A DNA stretch of 24,282 bases from Chiloscyllium plagiosum (taxonomy: Eukaryota): assembly GCF_004010195.1 (NCBI RefSeq), contig NC_057718.1:8987267-9011548 (forward strand), written 5' to 3'. A model generated the notes under the pieces. It saw nothing but the letters and a program-made list of their open reading frames with translations, did not search any database and was not told where the DNA came from. How positions within the stretch are numbered: position 1 is the stretch's first letter; every line of letters begins with the position of its first letter. The translations under genes were made by a program, and so were the position numbers. Shown here in pieces: positions 11,020 through 21,850 of the stretch.

Positions 11020-11224
11020 GGATTAGTGGTGCTGGAAGAGCACAGCAATTCAGGCAGCATCCGAGGACAGGCAAAATCCGAGGACAGGCAAAATCGACGT
11101 TTCGGGCAAAAGCCCTTCATCAGGAATTTTGCCTGTCCTCAGATGCTGCCTGAATTGCTGTGCTCTTCCAGCACCACTAATCCAGAATCTGGTTTCGAGC
11201 ATCTGCAGTCATTGTTTTTACCTC
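11020..11224 (+). mobile_element. PLE fold-back insertion
   Basis: Perfect 16-bp TSD CATGACCAATTCACCT (11004-11019, 11225-11240). Inverted arms and an internal 17-bp tandem duplication. Confidence 0.88.
11096..11123 (-). ncRNA. Intact minimal hammerhead ribozyme core
   Basis: The minus strand reads CTGATGA-A-GGGC-TTTT-GCCC-GAAA-CG-TC. Confidence 0.7.
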
Positions 11225-11374
11225 CATGACCAATTCACCTAACCTGTACAACTTTGGATTGTGGGAGGAAACCAGACAAAACTTACACAGACACGGGGAA
11301 AAGGCACAAACTCCACACAGACTGTTGCCCTCAGCTGGAATCAAACCGGGGTCCCTGGTGCTGTGAGGCAGCAG

Positions 11375-12580
11375 TGCTAACCACGGTACCACCGTGCTGA
11401 CTATACCACTAATTTTGGTGCCATCCTCAAACTTACAAACCATGCCTCCTAAAATCTCATCCAAATTTACTCAATTTAAACCACAACACTGAGCCTCCCA
11501 ACATAACGATGGTGGAGCGATGGGGTGGAATATGAAGTACTTTGTCGGGCACAAATTGATTTGGGTCTCCCGTGGATGTGAAGGGTGCTATAAATATGTA
11601 GGGCATCTAAAGTGGAAATTTAACTTCTATTTTATACTTTTTAAACTGGGAGGATGTTTGAGTAATTTTTTTGAAGAACAAAACATTCTAGCCCACTCCC
11701 TTGTCAGGACGGAATGCCTTCCGTGAAGCGGCCATAGATACTGACCAGTTTGTACTAACCTTTCAAAGGGACCTTACAGTAATGCTGCAATGCCAGTTTA
11801 AAGTGAGTTGCCAGCTGAAAGTGGCTTAATCTTCCAACCCAGTTGTCTGCAAATCGTTAAATTGTACCATTGATTTATGAGGGAGAAAAGTGAGTCATTC
11901 CCCCAAGGCTCGTATCTTCTCATTACAGGCATGAACGAAGCTTTGATTTATAAAGCTCAACCAAAGAATTAGGAGGCTAGATAAAGAGCAGTCGCGTGAT
12001 CTCGGAAAATAAAGTGATGTAGCAATCGATTACTGTTGCTGGGCATTTTCACAGCCATTATTGCAATTGGTTATCTCTCCTCCAATGTAAGATTGGCATG
12101 AATCCCCACTCACACACAGGAACAGACCTTAAAAATGTTTTTACAACGAGGTTCCCTTGAATGGTTGGGCAGCTACAGTGCAAAAGGAGGCCGTTCAGCC
12201 CGTTCGATGCCACGCCCCTGCCTTTCCCGTACACCCTGCAATTCTTTCCAGTTCAGATAATTCTCCCATTCCCTGCTGAAAGCCACGATTGCATCTGGCT
12301 CCTCCACACATTGTGGCAGCACATTCCACGTAGTCGCAACTTCTTTTCTCATGAAGCAACTGCTTCGTTTGCCAATCATGTCAAATCTGTATCGAAAAGT
12401 GTGGCGCTGGAAAAATATTTCGCATTCCACCCCACCACTCCACCATCATTATGTTGGGAGGCTCAGTGTTGTGGTTTAATCTGAGTGATTTTGGATGAGA
12501 TTTCAGGAGGCATGGTTTGTAAGTTTGAGTATGGCACCAAAATTGGTGGTATGATCAGCACGGTGGCACAGTGGTTAGCA
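11375..12580. repeat. Inverted repeat, arms 11375-11542 and 12413-12580
   Basis: Gapless manual alignment: 168 bp, 18 mismatches (~89% identity). Confidence 0.95.
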
Positions 12581-12825
12581 GGTCAGGCAACATCCGAGGT
12601 GCAGGAGAATCAACCCTTCATCAGGAATGGGGAGGTCTGTGCCCCACTGGTTCACAATCCTTCAACCGATGGAAGCAGTTTCTGTCTATCGACTCTGTCC
12701 AGCCTCCTTGTGATGTTTAAACACCTCCGTCAAACCTTCTCTCCATCCATCTATCTATGGAACTGAAGCCCCTCACCCCTGGAGCAGTTCTTTTCTGCAA
12801 CCTCTCGAAAGTCTTCATACCCTTC
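12165..12825 (-). mobile_element. Old CR1 3' end split by a PLE fragment (12391-12635)
   Basis: Minus ORF ..TWNVLPQCVEEPDAIVAFSRE. The CR1 resumes at ~12636 after a repeated TCTGT. Confidence 0.7.
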
Positions 12826-12827
12826 TC

Positions 12828-13150
12828 GTTGTAGTATTTCACAATGTGCAATATACCTTTAAGGGACCTTCTCAGAATGCCATCACCATGTCACAGATTG
12901 AGACCTAATGGTGCAAGATTTTCTGACTCCATCTTACTGAGCTCTGCCGCCTTGCAGCATGACATGCTACCATTTATCCGAATTGCTCAGTTTGAGCCCA
13001 GACACACAAGTGCCTGTGGTTGTCCTGAATATATTTAGATACCAGGAGTTATAATAAAGGTTATTTGAATTCTTCAGTACTACATGAAGCACATGTCAAA
13101 TGTGGGATACGGGAACTAACCTAAGTTTCAGATCATCAGTACATCATGCC
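12828..13150 (+). mobile_element. LTR-like repeat, copy 1
   Basis: Colinear similarity to 15808-16155, including an identical CTTGCAGCATGACATGCTAC. AATAAA at 13053-13058. Confidence 0.55.
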
Positions 13151-13762
13151 ACAACGTTTCACTGTGGCAGTCCAGTGGTAAACAGCAGTAACTACTTACA
13201 ATAGAATCCTCATTGAAATTCAGAGAGCCCCAGATTGCAAAACATTCAGAAGACCAACTGCCATAAGTTTACATAAGTACAAATCTCCAACTTAAATATC
13301 CAGGAGGTAGACTTTATTTCTCTATTTACAGTTCAGACCCATCAAGCTAAAATCCCTCTGTCTCATTTGCAAAAATAAAAAAGTTTCAGCCTGCATCTGA
13401 CACCAAAATTAAGCGACAGTCAAACAGCTTCTTACGGATTTAAAAGTAAAATCAGTAGCTGAAAGGCTGCTTATAGGCTTAAAACTAACATTGACAGTAA
13501 AGAGATATTGTCAGATTAATTATAAAGCCCTCATTTTAAAAAACGCTGTTTTAAGCTCTGTAGAGTCAGTTTAATTAAGCATCCCTCCTGTTTGGCAAAT
13601 AAACAGTATTCTAAGCTCTAAAGAGCAATTTTCTAACTTAGAGACACTTACCTGTGTGATTTGGTTGGTTAGCTTCACCATTTTGTTTCCTTCAACTCTC
13701 TGCCAAAGCTTATGTGACATCATCACTTTTTACCTTGGTTAATCTCCCCCTAGCAACTGAAA

Positions 13763-14317
13763 CCAAGTAGGCCCAGCAGCACGGATCCAAGTAGGCCCAG
13801 CAGCGTGGACCCAAGTGGGCCAAGTGGCTCAGACTAAAGTAGACCCAGCAGCACAGACCCAAGTCAGCCCAGCTGCACGGACCTGAGTAGGCCCAGCAGC
13901 GCGGATCCGAGTAGGCCCAGCAGGACAGACCCAAGTGGGCCCAGCAGCATAGACAGGAGTAGGCACAGCAGTACAGACTCGAGTAGACCCAGCAGCATGG
14001 ACTTGAGTGGGTCCAGCAGCACAGTCCCGAGTAGACCCAGCAGCACGGATTTGAGTAGGCCCAGCACCATGGTCTCAAGTGGGCCCAGCAGCACAGACTC
14101 AAGTGGGCCCAGCAGCATGGACTCGAGTGGGCCCAGCAGCACAGACCCAAGTAGGCCCAGCAGCACAGACTCAAGTGGGCCCAGCAGCATGGATTCGAGT
14201 GGGCCCAGCAGCATGGACTTGACTGGGCCCAGCAGCATGGACTCGAGTGGGCCCAGCAGTATGGACTTGAGTGGGCCCAGCAGCATGGACTTGAGTGGGC
14301 CCAGCAGTGTGGACTCA
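13763..14317. repeat. Minisatellite, 24-bp unit, ~23 copies
   Basis: Unit ~GGGCCCAGCAGCATGGACTCGAGT. 8-aa periodicity in ORFs on both strands. Confidence 0.97.
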
Positions 14318-14772
14318 TGGTGATGGTGTCAGAGGCGAGTTTGGGTTCCTGGTGGTTTCTGCATCATCGCTGCAGTGAAGTTGAGCTAGGGTTCCTGGAG
14401 CATCTGTGTTCATAGCAGATTCATGGAGGCAGTGGCAGAGTTGAGTTTGGGTTGGCGCAGTACCCAACAGCATTGGTGGTGTCTGCATTGGCGAGGTCCA
14501 GCGAGCACTCATACTGGCGAGGGTATCACTAGAGGTGAGATGGTCATGAAGAGTAGTGGCTTTCACTCCAGCATTGGTGACATGGTGAAGGGGGTCAGCC
14601 CCATGGGTCAGTGATGGAGCACTGTAAAGTTGGACACTTACTTTCTTTATTTTTAGGTCTTTATATTCTATGTTTTGGTTTATTTTTCTGTGTTTTAAGA
14701 CACTGTACAATACTTTTCACTGTATTTTGTTACAAGATACACATGACAATAAATAAATCAAATGAAATCAAT
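13763..14772 (+). mobile_element. Non-autonomous retroelement with Rex1-type 3' tail
   Basis: The GC-rich body ends in ACTTTTCACTGTA..TGACAATAAATAAATCAAATGAAATCAA, matching the tail of the Rex1 copy at 4021-4075. Confidence 0.6.
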
Positions 14773-14867
14773 CTACAAAAGTCTGAATCACCTTAGTCCC
14801 ACACAGTGGCAGAATCACACTACAGTGTCAATACACAAGCTCAGTTTGGATTGCTGAAGTCTTTGAT

Positions 14868-15168
14868 GATTAGATTAGCTTCAATTCCCTACAGTATGGA
14901 AACAGACCCTTCAGCCCAGCAAGTCCACACTGAACCTTCAAAGGATAACCCACCCAGACCATTCCCCTGTCCTATATGTACCCCTGACTAATGCACCTAA
15001 CACTATGGCCAATTCACCTGACCTGCACATCTTTGGATTGTGGGAGGAAACTCACACAGACATGGAGAGAATGTGCAAACTCCACACCAACAGACACCCA
15101 AGGCCAGAACCAAACCCGGATCCCTGGTGCTATGAGGCAGCAGTGCTAACCACTGAGCCACCGTGCCA
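14868..15168 (-). mobile_element. HE1-type V-SINE
   Basis: Colinear with 2695-3016. Confidence 0.9.
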
Positions 15169-15199
15169 CACCACATCTGTTAGATGTCAGATGTTAGAT

Positions 15200-15807
15200 G
15201 TCAGGATTACCAGTGTGCACAGATGTCCGCATCATAACCATTCCTGAGATTCAAACCACACTCAAGATAATGAGAATGAAACAATGACAGAATGTTTTCC
15301 TTCCTCACAGGAAGTGGAGAATGAACCAGACACCCCACCACAGCTACAATGTACAGGGAGAGCAAGTCAGAAACCCAGTCACAAATATATGGGCACCAGC
15401 AAACCTTTCTAAGATATAGAATCAGCCCAGGTCACATGAAATCATGAAAAATCATGGTGTTATGTTGCAAAGGAGCAGGAGCCAGCTCAGTCAAAAGTAT
15501 GACATATCCACATGCTCACAGAATGAGGAAGACACGCCTAATGATGATTGTACAATGATGGTATCGAGAGCTACCAACAGCAACAAAAGCAAGTTCCCAG
15601 CTGGGAGCACCTATGGATAACATTGACCTCTCCAGATGGCTGCACGATCATCAAACTCAGAAACGTTGTCGAACTTCGAAAACACATTATCAAAGTATGA
15701 AATAATAACCTTGTTAATTTTATTTCTACACGTCTATATTATTGTTAAATGGCAACGTTCCATGATGTACATCTGGTTGGGATTTCTTAATTTCAGAAAA
15801 AGGGGAA
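15200..15807 (+). pseudogene. Gypsy integrase C-terminal remnant and polypurine tract
   Basis: GEQVRNPVTNIWAPANLSKI*NQPRSHEIMKNHGVMLQRSRSQL matches the G..VR...W.PA.V...PRSY.V...G..LRRNR..L pattern. PPT AGAAAAAGGGGAA at 15795-15807. Confidence 0.6.
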
Positions 15808-16155
15808 CGTTGTGCTGTGTCTCGCACCAGATATCCCATATACATTTAAGGGAATCGCTCATGATGTCATCACGATATCACGATACATGACCCTAATGGT
15901 GTGAAGTGTTCAGTCTCTATCCTCCTGAGCTCTGTCCACTTGCAGCATGACATGCTACAATACATCTCAGTTTGCTGAGCTTGATCCCAGAAACGTGACT
16001 TTTTCACGATTGTGATGTACACATGTTGCTACCAGGTACTGTTAATAGCATTTCAACAAATTCCTCAGTACTACCTGGCCCACTTTTCATTTTTATGCCA
16101 GAAGAGGGAACTTAAATAACAGTGTGATAATTCCAAATCATCAGTTATCACATGC
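15808..16155 (+). mobile_element. LTR-like repeat, copy 2 (putative 3' LTR)
   Basis: Immediately follows the PPT and is a direct repeat of 12828-13150. Confidence 0.6.
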
Positions 16156-16475
16156 TAATGTCATAGCACATCCTGAAGTGTTGAGCCCAGGACTGGATGC
16201 ATTATTCCAGTGAAGATTGAATCAGTCCTTCACAAATATATTTCATCTTCTCCTTACTTTTGCACTCTATTTATTAACCACTTTCACAAACTGTCCCACC
16301 ACCATCAATGCCTTAAACATATATTCTCCCAGGTCTCTGTGCTCCTGTATGCTTTCTGGAATTGTATACTTTATTTTCTATCATCCCTCCCTTTTTTATC
16401 CGACTTCACACTTCCCGATATTAAATGTAATCAGCCATTGTGGGCAGATTCCAAAAGTTCTCTTGAGATACATCA

Positions 16476-17130
16476 CAGTCATTGAGTCATACATTATGAA
16501 ACAGACCCTTCGGTCCAACCAGTCCATGCCGACCATAATCCCAAACTAAACCAGTCCCACCTGCCTGCTCCTGGCCTATATCCCTCCAAACCCTTTCTTA
16601 TTCACGTACTTAACCAAAATGTCTTTTTAATTGTACCCTGCATCCACCACTCCTTCGGGAAGTTCATTCCATATGCGAACCACCCTCTGTGTAAAAGATT
16701 GGCCTCTCGTCTTTTTTAAATCTCTCTCATCTCACCTTAAAAGTGTGCCACCTCGTCTTGAAATCCCCCAACCTGCAGAAAAGACCCTACCATTAATTCT
16801 ATTTATACCCCTCATTATTTTATAAACTTCTATCAGGTTGCCTCTCAACATGGCACGCTCCAGTGAAAAAAGTCTGAATCTCTTCAGCCAACACAAACAT
16901 TTCATGGTCAGCAACATCTCAGTAAATCTCAGCTCAACCCTCTCCAGCTTCATATTATTTTTCCTATAACTGGGCAACCAGAACTGGACACAGTTCTCCA
17001 GGAGAGGCCTCACCAATGTCCTCTACAACCTCAACATAACGTCCCAACTCCTCCTTCTTGCTCCGTAATTTTGTGTCTTCCACAAACTTTGAAACTGTGT
17101 CCTGGACAGCCATGTTCAGGTCATTGTCTA
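16476..17130 (-). mobile_element. CR1 LINE 3' region
   Basis: Minus ORFs VSKFVEDTKL and VRPLLENCVQFWLPSYRK..LERV..LFSLE..LRGNLIEVYKIMRG. Confidence 0.9.
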
Positions 17131-17194
17131 GATCAGAGAAAAACACAGCCTCCGAGGAGCAGGAAAAATCAGCATTTCGGGCAAAAGCCTTTGT

Positions 17195-18330
17195 CTATGT
17201 TTAGGTCATGAACATACATCAAGGGAAGCGGTGATCCTGACACTGATTCATGGGGAACGTCAGTAAACAACTTCCTCCCCTGTGGAAACAAACAACAAGT
17301 CATCGCAAATTTGCTTCTTGACATTCGTCCAATTTTATATTCATGTTGCTCCTGCCTCTTTTGCTACATATGCTGCAATTTTGCTCACAGAAAGTCTGTT
17401 CTGGGGCATTTTTAAATGCCTTTTGGAAGGTGCATTTCAGATCAACTACATTCTCCTTTTTAGCACACTCTTTTATCTCCTCAATAACATGCAATTCAGC
17501 AAAACATGATTCCTTCTTAACAAATCCACGCTGGCTTTCCTTAGTTATTCTCGATTTGTCTGATTTTTTTGACAATCTTTCCCAGCACCAAGGTTGAACT
17601 GGCTGGCCTGCAGTTGCTGGGATTCTCTTTACATTGCTTTAAGAACAAAGGTGAACCATATAGGCACCAAGGACATGCAGGTCCTGGGCCCCCTCCATCA
17701 CCCAACCCTAACCACCCGAAGCCTGGAGGAAGAACGTCTCATCTTCCGCCTTGGGACCCTGCAACCACGCAGGATCATTGTGGATTTCACCAGTTTCCTC
17801 ATTTCCCCTCCTACCATCTTATCCCAGTTCCAAGCCTCCAACTCAGCACCACCCTCTTGACCTGTCCACTGCCTGTCTGCTCCACCCTCCTCTCCAATCT
17901 AACATTTTCTCCCCCATCTTCATCTACCTATCACATTCCCAGCTACGTTCCCCCCAGTCCTACCCCTCTCCCATCCATCTCTCAGCCCCCGGGCCCACAA
18001 GCCTCATTTCTGATGAAGGGCTTATGCCTGAAACATCGATTCTCCTGCTCCTTGGAATTTGCCTGACCTTCTGTGCTTTTCCAGCACCACACTCCCGGTG
18101 CAGTTCACCATTCCTCAAGCTCTAACAAGAGCTGGAATATTACAGCTGGTATCTTTACAATTCCCCATTTACCTCCCTTGGTATCCTTAAATGACTCTCA
18201 TCTGCTCCTGTGAGATACCAACTTCAAATACAACCAGCCCTTCTGATATATTTCTAACGCAATAACTGCCTCTTGTGAACAACATTCGTGCCAAGAGATA
18301 TCCAGATCACCTAAATGGATGGGGATCACA
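17195..18330 (-). mobile_element. Old CR1 RT fragment split by a PLE
   Basis: Minus ORF I.ESQRGFVKKESC..DL..FQKAF (CR1 RT: SQHGF..SC..DF.KAF). Continues at 18100-18330. Confidence 0.7.
17660..18096 (+). mobile_element. Penelope-like (Neptune-type) 3' end with GIY-YIG C-terminus and hammerhead motif (18010-18037)
   Basis: KDMQVLG.LH..TLTTRSLEEERLIFRLGTLQP..I.VDF, then a pyrimidine-rich UTR and CTGATGAAGGGCTTATGCCTGAAACATC. Confidence 0.85.
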
Positions 18331-18467
18331 TCTACATTTTTCAATAAATATTCCCAGTAGATAAGTTTCCACGGGTGAAAGATCAGCCAGAAATTTGTGA
18401 CATACATTAAAAGCAGTTGTACGTAACTTTGAAAACTGAAGAAGAGTCGTACTCAACTCAAAACTTC

Positions 18468-19060
18468 ATTGGTCAGACCTTTGCGTATAGGAATTGGAAC
18501 ATTATCTTGAGGTTGTACAGGACATTGGTGAAGCTGTTTCTGGAATACTGTGTCCAGTTCTGACCGCCCAGTTATGGGACAAATGTTACTAAGCTGGAGA
18601 GGGTTCAGAAGAGATTTATCAAGATGTTCTCAGGAATGGAAGATTTGAGTTATAAGGAGATGATGGATAGGCTGGGACTTTTTTATTGGAATGTAGGAGA
18701 CTGAGACATAATCTTATAGAGGTTTATAAAACTTTGAGCGATATGACAGGTGTCTGTCCCTAGGATGGGGGATTTCAAGACTAGGGGGTATATTTTTAAG
18801 ACGAGAGGAGAAAGATTTTAAAAAGCACTGAGGGGCAACTCTTTTACACAGAGAATAGTCCCTGTGTGGCATGAACGTTCTGAGGAAGTGAAGGATGCAG
18901 GCAGTTATAACATTTAAAAAACATTTAGATAGGTACGAGTAAGAAATATTTAGAGGGACATGGGCCAAGCACAGGCAGGTGGGACTAGTTTAGTTGGGAT
19001 TATGGTCGGCATGGACTGGTTGGACCGAAGGGTCTGTTTCCGCACTGTGTGACTCCATGA
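18468..19060 (+). mobile_element. CR1 3' end inserted into a PLE tail (18433-18467 and 19060-19110)
   Basis: [23 protein letters not shown]. The flanks read CTGAAGAAGAGTC..ACTC and TTTCTCC..CACAGATGCTGCCAG. Confidence 0.88.
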
Positions 19061-19658
19061 AATGTTTGTTCAGTTTCTCCCACCACAGATGCTGCCAGCT
19101 CTGATGAGCCTCTTCAGCACTATATGGTCTTATTTCTCTATCCCAAGAGAGACCGCGCAATTGGTCTGACAATCCCACAGGCTACAATGGAGGTGAGAAC
19201 ATCCTTGCTTTGTTCTCATGAAAGAGATTATATCAGCACTGTACGCAACATGTCATATCAAACCACAAACCTACATGGATGTTGTGAGATGCTTTTAATT
19301 TGATCAGGTTTAACTCCGTTTGTGTTGAACTTAACCCACAACCCCAGATGCTTTCCATCACCAATTCAACCACTGAAGTTAACGTAATCACAAAATCTCA
19401 ACCTAATTTGTCTAAAAGTTACTCAAAGGTTAAGTTGATTTCAGAATTGCCAATGATCCATTGCATTTGTGACATTTTTGTGAAGATACTGCTGATGATT
19501 CAAGTTGAGATTAAAGGTAAGCCCAACATGCCATTGTCATTTCCAGACTGAAACTTGCCCTTTTTTGTTTTGGCTGAGTCCTGATAGTTAACACGTAGCT
19601 GCTCTCTGAACAGTCACCAGAAATGGACGATCACTACTGACTCTGCCAGTGATGCTTA

Positions 19659-19839
19659 TATGAGTCTAGATTAGAGCGGTGCTGGAAAAGCACAGCAAGT
19701 TGGGCAGCATCCGAAGAGCAGGAAGGTCGACATTTCGGGCAAAAGCCCCTCCTCAGATGCTGTCTGACCTGCTGTGCTTTTCCAGTGCCGCTCTAATCCA
19801 GACTCTGATCTCCAGCATCTGCAGTCCTCACTTTCGCCT
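19659..19839 (+). mobile_element. PLE fold-back insertion
   Basis: Perfect 11-bp TSD AGTGATGCTTA (19648-19658, 19840-19850) and inverted arms. Confidence 0.85.
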
Positions 19840-19914
19840 AGTGATGCTTACATCCCCAATGTAATAAATTAGGACCAAAAGTTCAGGACGGCAGATTTTA
19901 CTTTTGTTGAAAGG

Positions 19915-21085
19915 GGTTATAGAGTCAAAGAGTCAGACAGATCCTTCAATATAACTTGTCCATGCTGAACAGGTTTCTCAAACTTGTCTCATTTGCCTGC
20001 ATTTGGTCCCTATCATGACTCGATGCGATGACTCTATCCTTCCCAACCTTTCCTGTCCATGTACGTGTCCAATTGTCTTTTAAATGCTGTAATTGTATCA
20101 GCCTCCAACACAAAGTGGAGTTGCAGGTAGATAGGATAGTGAAGAAGGCGTTTGGTATGCTTTCCTTTATCAGTCAGAGTATTGAGTACATGAGTTGGGA
20201 GGTCATGTTGCGGCTGTACAGGATATTGGTTAGAACCGTTGGAATATTGCGTGCAATTCTGCTCTCCTTCTTATTGGAAAGATGTTGTGAAACTTGAAAG
20301 GGTTCAGAAAAGATTTACAAGGATGTTGCCAGGGTTGGAGGATCTGAGCTACAGGGAGAGATTGAATAGGCTGGGGCTGTTTTCCCTGGAACATCGGAGG
20401 CTGAGGGGTGACCTTATAAAACTATGAGGGGCATGGATAGAGTAAATAGACAAAGTCTTTTCGCTTGGGTCGGGGAGTCCAGAACTAGAGGGCATAGGTT
20501 TAGGATGAGAGGGGAAAGATATAAAAGAGACCTAAGGGGCAACTTTTTCACGCAGAGGGTGGTACGTATACGGAATGAGCTGCCAGAGGAAGTGGTGGAG
20601 GCTGGTACAATTGCAACAGTTAAAAGGCATCTGGATGGGTATATGAATAGGAAGGGTTTAGAGGGATATGGGCCGGGTGCTGGCAGGTGGGATGAGAGTG
20701 GGTTGGGATATCTGGTCAGCATGGATGAGTTGGACCGAAGGGTCTGCATCCGTGCTGTACATCTCTATGACTCTATGACTCTATGTCTTCCTCTGGCAGC
20801 TCATTCCATACACGAACAACCCTCTGCATGAAAATGTTGCCCCTGAGGTCTCTTTTAAATCCTTCCCCCACACCGTAAACCTATGCCCTCTCACTTTGGA
20901 CTCCTCTACACTGGGCAAAGACCTTGGCTATTCACCTTATCTATCCCCCTCTTGATTTCTTAAACCTCCATAGTGTCACCCCTCAGCCTCCGACACACCA
21001 GAGAAAGAAGTCCAGCCTATCTATCCACTCTTTATAACTCAAACCCTCTAGCCCCGGCAACACCCTGGTAAATATTTTCTGAAAA
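19915..21085 (-). mobile_element. CR1 3' end split by an opposite-strand CR1
   Basis: 19915-20110 continues colinearly at ~20787-21085 (GCCTCCA.. / CTTCCTCTGGCAGCTCATTCCA). Confidence 0.85.
20113..20785 (+). mobile_element. Young CR1 (HER1-like) 3' end
   Basis: ORFs 20239-20427 and 20424-20831 encode the CR1 ORF2 C-terminus. (ATGACTCT)n tail. Confidence 0.95.
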
Positions 21086-21130
21086 CATGCAGATAGAATT
21101 GCCACATGGCATATGGAGACATGATTAGGA

Positions 21131-21470
21131 TTGGCTCGATAGCTCAGTGGTTAGCACTGTTGCCTCACAGTACCAGGGATGCAGGTTTGATTCCACCTTC
21201 AGGCGACCATCTGTGTGAAGTTTGTATGTTCTCTCTGTGTCTGGGTGGGCTTCCTCTAGGCATTCCGGTTTCCTCTCACATTCCAAAGACATGCAGGTTA
21301 GGTGGATTGGCCAAGGGAAATTGTCCCATGGTGTCCAGGGATGTGCAGACTAGGTGGATTAGCCACAGGAAATGCAGGGTTACCAGGATAGGGTAGCGGG
21401 GTTTGGTGGGATTTTCTTTGGAAGCTTGGTATGGACTGAATGGTATGCTTCCAGACTGTAGGGATTCTAT
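21131..21470 (+). mobile_element. HE1-type V-SINE
   Basis: TAGCTCAGTGGTTAGCACTGTTGCCTCACAG head, B box GGTTTGATTCC, tail CTGTAGGGATTCTAT. Confidence 0.88.
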
Positions 21471-21479
21471 GTTTAAAAG

Positions 21480-21850
21480 AAATTGTGGAATTATTCAAAG
21501 AGACTGTGGGAAAAGATCTGCCACCCTGCCTACCCACAGTATGCCCACACAGAACGCAGGAAATCAAACTTGGCCAAACTTATACTAGAAACACCCAGAA
21601 TGTCTCAGCATTGACCAAACAAGCTGACAAGTGAAACCAGACAGCACTCGCAGACAAGGGAATACACTTCCCAAAATACACTAACAATAAGCTTCCTGGA
21701 CCCAGCCAACACACCTGTCCCAAAGCCCCAAGGGCAGTCTGATAACAGAGAGGTACCAAAACCACACAAAGGACAGGTCAGACGGAGAGGCACCAGCAGA
21801 CCTCGCTCCCAGGGCAGGAACGATGGAAGCACCTTACTGTTTCAAAAGAG
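21480..21850 (+). pseudogene. Possible second Gypsy integrase C-terminal remnant
   Basis: GKDLPP..TQNAGNQTW..TY..TQN.SAL and GT..AP..FK resemble the DLPPL.PG / RSY / TRSGR-type integrase tail. Frameshifted. Confidence 0.35.

Larger units (their letters stand above)
10851..11399 (-). mobile_element. HE1-type V-SINE interrupted by a PLE fold-back
   Basis: Colinear with 2695-3016 except for the 11020-11224 insert. Confidence 0.88.

Noticed and set aside
12841..13150. Duplicated coding exon or C/D snoRNA (with 15840-16150)
   Set aside because: No reading frame is preserved in both copies, and the C/D-like boxes lack a conserved guide. The PPT and AATAAA context favours LTRs.
13763..14317. CRISPR-like array
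   Set aside because: Head-to-tail tandem units with no unique spacers, no cas genes and a vertebrate context.
13710..14323. Cys/Trp-rich 202-aa ORF (CCWAHSSP)n and overlapping repeat ORFs
   Set aside because: By-product of a stop-free 24-bp minisatellite. ORFs are open on both strands, with no non-repetitive domain.
19445..19516. 72-nt AG..GTAAG exon candidate
   Set aside because: Weak polypyrimidine tract, unrecognisable peptide and no partner exons.
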